This document shows, piece by piece, positions 45,213 through 52,961 of a DNA stretch of 64,000 bases. The notes under the pieces are model-generated. The model ran no database searches. It had not been told where the DNA came from and saw nothing but the letters and a program-made list of their open reading frames with translations. The position numbers were made by a program, and so were the translations under genes. Origin of the DNA: Candidatus Contendobacter sp. (GTDB lineage Bacteria > Pseudomonadota > Gammaproteobacteria > Competibacterales > Competibacteraceae). The stretch lies in contig JAVMKI010000081.1 in assembly GCA_031732755.1 (NCBI GenBank), forward strand, positions 228 to 64,227, written 5' to 3'. Position 1 is the stretch's first letter. The number at the start of each line of letters is the position of its first letter.

Positions 45213-45255
45213 CCCCTCATCCCCCCAACCTCTCTCCCACCAGGAGAAAGGGAGT
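45213..45255 (+). repeat. Short palindromic element, copy B (intergenic)
   Basis: cccctcatccccccaacctctctcccaccaggagaaagggagt. Confidence 0.55.
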
Positions 45256-46016
45256 CAAACCCACCGCCAGCCCCGCCACCGCCAATTCACGCCCAAGGCC
45301 GCCAGCGCCCCGCGCCAACCGGACTCCGGTTCCAGATTCAGTACGCTCCATTCTCGCCCTTCTCCATCACGCACGCTGACGCGCCCGTCCGGCTGGACAT
45401 CCTCGCGACCACACACGTCCAGGGTTCGCAAGCCGCTGGCCAAACCGCCGCCCAACGCCTTGGCGATGGCTTCCTTGCGGGTCCAGCAGGCGAAAAACGC
45501 GGGTTGAATCCGCTCCACCGGCAACGCCTGGAATGCCGCCCACTCGCGCGGCGTACACACTCTTTCGAGGATCGCCGCGGGGTTCACTTTTCGATCCAGA
45601 CGTTCCAAATCCACGCCCACCTCGCGGCGCGCGACAGCGTACAATGCCCGACCGCTGCTGTGGGAAAGATTGAAATACAGGCCGGTTTCCGCATCCACCC
45701 CCACCAACGTCGGCTTGCCGTGTTCGCCCTGCTCGAAACGCAGCGCCGTCGCCGGACGATTCAGATACGCTCCCAGCAGTTCCCGCAGCAAACCACGCCC
45801 AGCGATAAACCGATTCCGATATTCCAGAAAGCGGAATCGCGCCGCCCGCTCCGGTTCATCCGCCGCCAAGGTTGCCGCCAGATCGGCCAGCGGTTTTGGC
45901 GGACGATCCAGATCCACCAACCACAGATGAATTTCGTCAGCGGCTAGAAAGAGGGGCCGAAGCGCTGAGGGCTCAAACTTTTGCTCCGACCACTCGCCGC
46001 TCGTTGCCACTTCCAC
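45255..46016 (-). CDS. Sfp-type 4'-phosphopantetheinyl transferase
   Basis: E..RAARF, RGLLR.LL, GKP, FNLSHS, GVDLE, FF..WTRKEA..KA.G.G; GTG start 3 nt after the upstream GT4 stop. Confidence 0.92.
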   Translation of the reverse strand: MEVATSGEWSEQKFEPSALRPLFLAADEIHLWLVDLDRPPKPLADLAATLAADEPERAARFRFLEYRNRFIAGRGLLRELLGAYLNRPATALRFEQGEHGKPTLVGVDAETGLYFNLSHSSGRALYAVARREVGVDLERLDRKVNPAAILERVCTPREWAAFQALPVERIQPAFFACWTRKEAIAKALGGGLASGLRTLDVCGREDVQPDGRVSVRDGEGREWSVLNLEPESGWRGALAALGVNWRWRGWRWV

Positions 46017-46018
46017 CC

Positions 46019-47287
46019 TTAACCACCCACCAGCAATCGCCGATACAGCGCCACCGCCGCATCCATCTTGGCGTCCCAGCCGTAGCGCTCCCGTGCCCGC
46101 CGCAAGCCTTCCGCGCCGCGCGCGCGCCATGCATCAGGATGCGCCACCACGTCGCGGAACACGTCCACCAACCCGTTGACCACCGCTTCCCGGCCCGTGT
46201 CGGGCAAGGCCCGGCCCACGCCATCGTCCACGACTTCCGCCGGTCCGCCGAACGCCACCGCCGTGACGGGCCGGGCGCAGGCCATCGCTTCCAGCAGCAC
46301 CGCGCCGCCCGATTCACGCACCGAGGGCAAACAGAACAGGTGCGCCTCGCGCATCCGCGCCGCCACCTCGGTTTGCGGCAAGGCGTCCGTGTTGAACCTG
46401 ACCTGTTCGTTCAGACCGCGCGCTTGAACTTCCGCCCGCAATTCGGCTTCCAGCGGCCCCTCGCCGACCAGGGTCAGCAATACAGGCCATTCGTCTTTCA
46501 CCCGCGCCACCGCTTCCAGCAACATGGAAACGCCCTTGAACGGCACCAGGCGACCCACGAACGCCAGGCGCAACGGTTGCGCGGGTCCCGGCGGTTCCGG
46601 CCAGGGTCCGGGCGAGAACACATCCAGGTCCACGCCATTTTCCAGCATGGGCACACAGCGGGCGCGATGGCGTGGCGCGATGCTCTCCACGGTGGCGCGG
46701 GTCGCGGTCAGGATCGCCGCCGCATGACGGCTGGAACCCGCCATGGCGTCGACCACCCGGCCCAGCTTGCGCACCGGATACACCCAGGCCGCGTCCGCCC
46801 GCATGATGTCGGGAAAATGCATCGGATTGCCCAGGCCGCCGTTCCACGGTCCCAGCACCACGGGCCGACCGAGCTGATGCAGGCGGGTCGCCGCCATGGG
46901 AGAAACCGGTGTCACCGCATGGATAATATCCCAGTCCGCACCCGCCGTCCGCCGCCGCTTCAGTTCCTGCAACGCCGCTGCGTCATACACGTAGAAATCC
47001 GCCGAGGAGACGAGAAACACCGCGTGCTGGCTCTGGCCGAACAGCCGCGCCGCCAGCCGGTACAACGGCCCCGCGAACCATTCGGTATCCACGTAGATCA
47101 CTTTCGATCCTGGCAATGGGGCGCCGGCGGCGGTCAAAGCTTCGCGGTTGCGAACGTGGGTGACCAGCGTCACCGGCAACCGCCGGGCCAGTCGGGAATA
47201 CCAGTGCCAGCCAATCTGCGACACCGAACCCATTCCCGGCCCGCATTGGTACGCCGACAGCAGAAGTCGGGGCCTGTTCTTGTTCAT
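46019..47287 (-). CDS. Glycosyltransferase family 4
   Basis: LLSAYQCGP..GS, ENGVD, FVGRLVPFKG, LPSVRESGGAVLLEAMA. Confidence 0.88.
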   Translation of the reverse strand: MNKNRPRLLLSAYQCGPGMGSVSQIGWHWYSRLARRLPVTLVTHVRNREALTAAGAPLPGSKVIYVDTEWFAGPLYRLAARLFGQSQHAVFLVSSADFYVYDAAALQELKRRRTAGADWDIIHAVTPVSPMAATRLHQLGRPVVLGPWNGGLGNPMHFPDIMRADAAWVYPVRKLGRVVDAMAGSSRHAAAILTATRATVESIAPRHRARCVPMLENGVDLDVFSPGPWPEPPGPAQPLRLAFVGRLVPFKGVSMLLEAVARVKDEWPVLLTLVGEGPLEAELRAEVQARGLNEQVRFNTDALPQTEVAARMREAHLFCLPSVRESGGAVLLEAMACARPVTAVAFGGPAEVVDDGVGRALPDTGREAVVNGLVDVFRDVVAHPDAWRARGAEGLRRARERYGWDAKMDAAVALYRRLLVGG

Positions 47288-47371
47288 CGTTTTGCTCCCG
47301 CCACGGAAATACCCATGCACAATCCAAATGGGTTCCCTACACTACCGCCACGTCACCCACGGAGCGCTCCC

Positions 47372-47776
47372 ATGAGCCATGTCATCGAAATCAAGGTCCG
47401 GGGCTACCATCTCGACTTGTTTCGCCACGTCAACAATGCTCGCTATCTGGAATTTCTGGAGGAAGCTCGCTGGAGTTTCCTGGAAGTCACCAACAACCTG
47501 ACGATTCTGGACCAATACGGCTATGCGTTCGCCGTGGTCAACATCAACATCAATTACCGCCGCGCCGCCTACATGGGCGAAATCCTGCGCGTCGTCACCT
47601 CGATGAAGTCTATCGGCACCCGCCGGTGCGTGATGCATCAGGCCATCACCCTCAAGGATACCGACACTGTGATCGCCGACGCCGACGTCACCTTCGTCAT
47701 CGTGGATACCCAGGCCGAAAAAGCGGTGGAGCTCACCGGCGAATTGCGGGCCAGCATGGAGCGCATGGCCGGTTAG
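47372..47776 (+). CDS. Hotdog-fold acyl-thioesterase (YbgC/YbaW family)
   Basis: IKVRGYHLD.F.HVNNARYLEFLEEARW, VVNININYR; GGAG RBS; only the last 134 codons of the 45872..47776 ORF are real. Confidence 0.88.
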   Translation: MSHVIEIKVRGYHLDLFRHVNNARYLEFLEEARWSFLEVTNNLTILDQYGYAFAVVNININYRRAAYMGEILRVVTSMKSIGTRRCVMHQAITLKDTDTVIADADVTFVIVDTQAEKAVELTGELRASMERMAG

Positions 47777-48771
47777 TTGCCTGAGTCTGGGGGAAGCGCG
47801 GGCGATGACCGGGTTTCCCAGCGCCAGGCGTGAGCGATGATCGTCGCCAGATCGGCGTAACGCGGTTTCCAACCCAGCTCGGCCCGCGCCCGTTGGGCGT
47901 CCGCCACCAACCGTTCCGGATCGCCGGGCCGCCGCTTCCCGTACTGCACCGGGATGTCCTGGCCAGTCACGGAGCGGGCGGTCTCGATCACTTCCCGCAC
48001 CGAAAAACCGTTGCCGTTGCCCAGGTTGTACGCCGCGCTGTCGCCGCCGGCCCACAGCCGTTGCAGCGCCAGCAGATGGACTTCGCATAGATCGGCGACG
48101 TGGATATAGTCACGGATGCAGGTGCCGTCCGGCGTGTCGTAGTCGGTTCCGAACACCGTGATGTGCGGCCGATGCCCAGTGGCGGCTTGCAGCACCAGCG
48201 GAATCAAGTGGGTTTCCGGTTGATGGCGTTCGCCCAGTTCGCCGTCCGGGTCGGCGCCGGCGGCGTTGAAATAGCGCAGGCTGACCGATTTCAGCCCATA
48301 CGCGACGTCATAGTCTTGCAATATCTGCTCGACCATCCACTTGCCCCGCCCATAGGGATTGATGGGATTTTTCGGATGGTCCTCGTCAATCGGGATGCGA
48401 ACCGGCTCGCCGAAAATCGCCGCAGTGGAGGAAAAGATGAAGTGGCGCACCCGATGCGCCACCATCGCGTCCAGCAGATACTGGGTTTTAACCACGTTGT
48501 TGAGATAGTACTTGGCTGGCTCGCGTACCGATTCGCCGACTTGGATGTGAGACGCAAAGTGCATCACGCCATCGAAACGTGTGGTCGCCAGCAACTCGTC
48601 CAGCAAATCCCGCTCGCCCAGATCGCCCAGCACGAAGCGGCCCTCCACCACCGCATCCCGGTGACCCGCGGACAGATTATCCAGCACCGTGATCTCGAAT
48701 CCGTGCCGGCCCAGCAGCTTGACCATGTGCGAGCCAATATAGCCCGCTCCGCCAACGACGAGTACATGCAT
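47773..48771 (-). CDS. galE: UDP-glucose 4-epimerase
   Basis: GGAGYIGSH, HFAS.I.VGES, FSSTAA..G, YGRGK, LRYFNAAGA, DGTCIRDYIH, YNLGNG.G.SV. Confidence 0.95.
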   Translation of the reverse strand: MHVLVVGGAGYIGSHMVKLLGRHGFEITVLDNLSAGHRDAVVEGRFVLGDLGERDLLDELLATTRFDGVMHFASHIQVGESVREPAKYYLNNVVKTQYLLDAMVAHRVRHFIFSSTAAIFGEPVRIPIDEDHPKNPINPYGRGKWMVEQILQDYDVAYGLKSVSLRYFNAAGADPDGELGERHQPETHLIPLVLQAATGHRPHITVFGTDYDTPDGTCIRDYIHVADLCEVHLLALQRLWAGGDSAAYNLGNGNGFSVREVIETARSVTGQDIPVQYGKRRPGDPERLVADAQRARAELGWKPRYADLATIIAHAWRWETRSSPALPPDSGN

Positions 48772-48878
48772 CGAATCGTTCCTGGTAATTGATTGAATCG
48801 GCTTGCGCACTACCACACTGGAATGATGCCTGCTAATTTAATGAGCATAGACCGAACGCCGCCCAACCGCATCTCGAC

Positions 48879-50480
48879 ATGACTGCTTTCGCCAGCGACG
48901 CCAAACAACAATTCAAGAACCGGCTGTCCCAGAACGCGGTCGTGCAACTGGCCGCCAAGCTGCTGTACATGCTCAGCCGGGTTGGGTTACCGCCGATCAT
49001 CCTCAGCTACGTCAGCCTGGAGGAGTACGGCATTTGGGCCACCTGCTTCATCGTCATCAGCTACCTGGGCATGAGCACCTTCGGCATCGCCAACGTCTAC
49101 ATCCGCTATACCGCCGAATACCACGCCCGCCACGATACCGAAGCGATCAACCGCCTGCTGACCACCGGCCTCGCCGTCACCATTCCGCTCTGCCTTGGCC
49201 TGCAGACGCTGCTGGGCTTGGGGATGCCGCTGTTGCTGGACGCCTTCAAAGTGGCTCCGCACCTGCGCGAAACCGCCGCCATCCTGATTTTCGCCACCGC
49301 CGCCGCGATGATGCTCGACCTGAGTTTCGGCGCGTTCAGCCATGTGCTGGGCGGCTTGCAGCTCATGGTGCGCCAGACCGGCATCTGGGTGGCCAGCTTC
49401 CTGCTGGAGACCGCGCTGATTGTTGGCTTGCTGCTGGCCGGGCTGGGGGTGTACGCGCTGCTGTGGGCTTTCGTCATTCGTTACTTGCTGGCTACCTGGC
49501 TCAGTGCCCGCGCCTGCTTCCAGGTTCTGCCTGGCCTGACCCTCGGCCCGCGCCATTTCGACCGGAGCTTGCTGAAGCTGTTTTACCGCTTCGGCGGCGT
49601 GGTGCAGATTTCCGGGCTGCTGAGCATGGTGCTCTATTCCATCGAAAAGGTGATCGCCGGCGCATTCATCGGGGTGCGCGCCACCGGCCTGTTCGACCTC
49701 GGCGAAAAGCTGCCAGTCATGTCCAGTCAGACCACCTCGGCGCTGAACGCGGTGTTCCTGCCAGCGGTGACCCATCTGTACAGCCTGGGTCAGATGGAAG
49801 AACTGGGCAAGCTGTACCTGAAAGGCGCGCGCTACATCAGTCTATTGACCGGACTGATCATGGGTTTTCTAGCCGGTTTCGCCGCGCCGATCATGACCGC
49901 CTGGCTGGGACCGAGCGAAGAATTCCGCATCACCGCCTTCATCATGGCCTGGTTCACCCTGCCGTTTCACACCCACGTCACCACCGGCCCCTGCACCGCG
50001 CTGCATTACGGGGCCAATCAGCCCGCCCGCACCTTGTTCTATCCGCTGAGCCAGACGGCGCTGGTCGCAATTCTAGTCGGCGGCGCGTTCCTAGCCTTCG
50101 GCGCCACCATTCCCGCCATCACCTATGGCGTTGCCGCCGCCATGACCCTGAGCGGCTGGGCCTACATGGCCTGGTCCAACCGCTTCCTGCAGGTCGAATC
50201 CGGCGTTTTCATCAGGCGGGTGATCATCCCTGGCCTGATGCCCTACGGCTTCGGGCTGGCGCTGGCGGGACTGACCGCGCCCTGGTTCGCCGCCGCCGGC
50301 AGCGACCGCTGGAGCCTGCTGGGACTATTGGCCGTCTGCGGCTTGCTTTATAGCGTGGTGACGACGGCTTTTCTGTACCGGGTGATGTGCGACTGGGGCG
50401 AACGGGAATATCTGCGTCGGCAACTGGCGCACACCCTGAGCGGATTCATCGGCAAGGCGATTGGGCGGAAAACCGGATGA
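48879..50480 (+). CDS. wzx: Wzx-type oligosaccharide flippase
   Basis: ~12-14 TM; LSLEEYG.W-like motif, [10 protein letters not shown]....GLFDL; position inside the EPS locus. Confidence 0.8.
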   Translation: MTAFASDAKQQFKNRLSQNAVVQLAAKLLYMLSRVGLPPIILSYVSLEEYGIWATCFIVISYLGMSTFGIANVYIRYTAEYHARHDTEAINRLLTTGLAVTIPLCLGLQTLLGLGMPLLLDAFKVAPHLRETAAILIFATAAAMMLDLSFGAFSHVLGGLQLMVRQTGIWVASFLLETALIVGLLLAGLGVYALLWAFVIRYLLATWLSARACFQVLPGLTLGPRHFDRSLLKLFYRFGGVVQISGLLSMVLYSIEKVIAGAFIGVRATGLFDLGEKLPVMSSQTTSALNAVFLPAVTHLYSLGQMEELGKLYLKGARYISLLTGLIMGFLAGFAAPIMTAWLGPSEEFRITAFIMAWFTLPFHTHVTTGPCTALHYGANQPARTLFYPLSQTALVAILVGGAFLAFGATIPAITYGVAAAMTLSGWAYMAWSNRFLQVESGVFIRRVIIPGLMPYGFGLALAGLTAPWFAAAGSDRWSLLGLLAVCGLLYSVVTTAFLYRVMCDWGEREYLRRQLAHTLSGFIGKAIGRKTG

Positions 50481-51088
50481 AAAGCTTATTGCGACGCCTC
50501 CTGCGCTATCTGGCCTTCGAACGCGGTCAGGCGGTGGGCTGGTACAAGCGCTTCTGCAATCCTGGCGGCGAGGAATGGGCCGCCTGGCTCAAGCGCCGGG
50601 GGATATTGCATGCCATCGGCGAGCACTGTTCGATTCAGACCAACGTCACCCTCACCGACCCGGTCTATACCCGGCTGGGCAACAACGTGCGGCTGACCGG
50701 CTGCACCCTGTTCGGTCACGACGGCTCGGTCAACATGCTGAATCGGGCCTATGGCCTGAAACTGGATCGGGTCGGCAAGATCGACATTCGCGACAACGTG
50801 TTCGTCGGCCATGGCGCGATCCTGCTGCCGGGCGTCACCGTCGGCCCCAATGCCATCGTCGCTGCCGGGTCGGTGGTCAATCGCGACGTGCCGCCCAACA
50901 GCATCGTCGCCGGGGTGCCGGCGCGGGTGGTCGGCGAACTGGATCGACTGGTCACCCGGCTGCGGGACGAGACCGAGCGGCTGCCGTGGGCGGCGCTGCT
51001 GGCCCAGCGCAGCGGTTCCTTCGATCCGGTGTTGCAGGTGGAGCTGGATCGCATCCGCATCCAGCACTTCTTCGGCGACTCCGACTGA
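50477..51088 (+). CDS. Hexapeptide-repeat (left-handed beta-helix) acyltransferase
   Basis: [48 protein letters not shown]; ATG overlaps the wzx stop. Confidence 0.88.
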   Translation: MKSLLRRLLRYLAFERGQAVGWYKRFCNPGGEEWAAWLKRRGILHAIGEHCSIQTNVTLTDPVYTRLGNNVRLTGCTLFGHDGSVNMLNRAYGLKLDRVGKIDIRDNVFVGHGAILLPGVTVGPNAIVAAGSVVNRDVPPNSIVAGVPARVVGELDRLVTRLRDETERLPWAALLAQRSGSFDPVLQVELDRIRIQHFFGDSD

Positions 51089-51111
51089 TCCCGCCATTCG
51101 GGATTTTCATC

Positions 51112-52947
51112 ATGACCCGTTCATGTCGGCCTGACCTCGGCGGCAGCGTCGTTCTGGGCTTGTTGTTGTGGGGCAGCCTGGCGGCGACGGTCATGGCGCA
51201 ATCCCCCGCCGGCAACAGCGCCAATGCCCGCTCGCCGCTCGGCATCAACATCGCCGCGCTCAATTACTGGAGCACGGAATGGCCACTGCTGGACGCGATG
51301 AAGCAATCCGGCGACTGGTTGACCCAATGCGATCGCCGCACGTCCAGCAACTGCAGCCTGCCAGCGCCGGCCAGCGAATGGGATACCCGCGAGCAGTCCC
51401 GGCTGGACCTCGACCCGGCAGGCTGGGTGCGCTCCCTGCCGACGGCCGACGACGTTCTGGTTCACTACCGTAGCGTCGCCACCATGCTGTTCGGCGGCAA
51501 TGGTGGGGCCTATCCGTCCGGTCAGTACACGGTGTCGTATGACGGCGAGGGTACGCTCGAATATGGACTCGATGCGGTCAAGGACGCCGCGCGTTCTCAG
51601 CCGGGCCGCGATGTCGTGAACGTCCGGGCCAGCAACGCCGGAATGCTGTTACGGATCACCGCCACCGATCCTCGCCACGTCGGCGCTTATCTGCGCCATA
51701 TCCGGGTCATCCCGCCCGGCGGTGTTTGCGACGATGACCCGTTCGTCTATGCCGAGAATGCCGAAGCCTGTCAGGCTCGGAACGGTCGCTATACTCCGTT
51801 TACCGCCCTGGACGGGGTCGAACGCTTCCGCTTCCACCCGCTGTTCCTGCGGAACCTGCGCCTTTATCGAGCCATTCGTTTCATGGATTTGTTGCGGACC
51901 AATACCAATGAAGGGGTGGAATGGGCCGAGCGGCCCCGGCTGACCGATGCCCGCTGGAGCAGTCGCAACGGCGCGCCGGTGGAACTGGCGCTGGAGTTGG
52001 CAACGACGCTGCACGCCGACCCCTGGCTCAACGTTCCGGTGCAGGCCAATGCCGATTACGTGGCGCAATTCGCCCGGCTGGCGCGGGCGCGCCTGCCTTC
52101 CGATTCGCGCGTTTACCTTGAATACGCCAACGAAGTTTGGAACGACCAGTTCAGCGCCGGAGCCTGGCTGCAACAACAGGCCGTGCAACGCTGGCCCGAC
52201 CGGCCTGGCGGCCCTTCGCCTTTCACCCGTCGCATCAACGCCTACGGCAAACGCGCGGCCGAAATCTGCGCGCTGTGGAAACGGGAATGGGGCAACGACC
52301 GGGATCGGGTGGTTTGCGTCCTGGGCGGCATGAGCGCCAATCCGTGGGTGGCCGAACAAGCCCTGCAATGTCCGCTGTGGGCGGCGGAAAATGGCGGCCA
52401 TGCCTGCGCCGAAGCGATGGATGCGCTGGCTATCGCGCCCTATTTCGGCGGTCATCTGGGCACATCCCGCTGGGCCAACAGCGTCGCCGCCTGGACCAGC
52501 CGGCCCGACGGCGGTCTAGCCCTACTGTTTCAGGAACTCACCTCGGGCGAGATTCTAGGTGACCCCAAGGCGCTGGCCCTGCCGGCGGTGTTCCGCCAAA
52601 TCGCCGCCCATCGCGTGATTGCCGACCGCTACCGGCTGGCGCTGCTCGGCTATGAAGGCGGCCAGCACCTGGTCGGCGTTGGGCCGGCCCAGAATGACGA
52701 GCGGCTGGAAAAGCTGTTCGTGGCCGCCAATCGCGCCGACTCGATGGGCGCGCTGTACGACGCTTATCTCGACGGCTGGCGGCAACAGGGTGGCCAGTTG
52801 TTCATGCCCTTCAACAGCGTGAGCCGCTATACCCGTTATGGCAGTTGGGGCGCCAAGGAATATCAGACCCAAAGCGCCGCGCCCAAACACCAAGCACTGC
52901 TACGTTTCATCGCCACTCATCCCTGTTGGTGGCCGGGTTGTCGCTGA
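51112..52947 (+). CDS. Secreted putative glycoside hydrolase (cellulose-binding-protein-like family)
   Basis: Signal peptide ending AATVMA-QS; SPLGIN, IRFMD, DPWLNVP, YLEYANEVWN, AIAPYFG, YEGGQH, YGSWG. Catalytic assignment is inferred. Confidence 0.65.
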   Translation: MTRSCRPDLGGSVVLGLLLWGSLAATVMAQSPAGNSANARSPLGINIAALNYWSTEWPLLDAMKQSGDWLTQCDRRTSSNCSLPAPASEWDTREQSRLDLDPAGWVRSLPTADDVLVHYRSVATMLFGGNGGAYPSGQYTVSYDGEGTLEYGLDAVKDAARSQPGRDVVNVRASNAGMLLRITATDPRHVGAYLRHIRVIPPGGVCDDDPFVYAENAEACQARNGRYTPFTALDGVERFRFHPLFLRNLRLYRAIRFMDLLRTNTNEGVEWAERPRLTDARWSSRNGAPVELALELATTLHADPWLNVPVQANADYVAQFARLARARLPSDSRVYLEYANEVWNDQFSAGAWLQQQAVQRWPDRPGGPSPFTRRINAYGKRAAEICALWKREWGNDRDRVVCVLGGMSANPWVAEQALQCPLWAAENGGHACAEAMDALAIAPYFGGHLGTSRWANSVAAWTSRPDGGLALLFQELTSGEILGDPKALALPAVFRQIAAHRVIADRYRLALLGYEGGQHLVGVGPAQNDERLEKLFVAANRADSMGALYDAYLDGWRQQGGQLFMPFNSVSRYTRYGSWGAKEYQTQSAAPKHQALLRFIATHPCWWPGCR

Positions 52948-52961
52948 AGGCCGACCGAATC

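Noticed and set aside
45872-47371. First 500 codons of the 634-aa ORF ending in the thioesterase
   Set aside because: Antisense to the GT4/PPTase genes; the thioesterase has its own RBS and ATG at 47372, so this is not a fusion.
48772-48878. ops/JUMPStart element in the galE-wzx divergent region
   Set aside because: No GGCGGTAG-type element seen here; the region upstream of wza is outside the window.
50461-51111. Apparent N-terminal extension making an 828-aa hydrolase
   Set aside because: It overlaps the acyltransferase in another frame; a signal peptide begins at ATG 51112.
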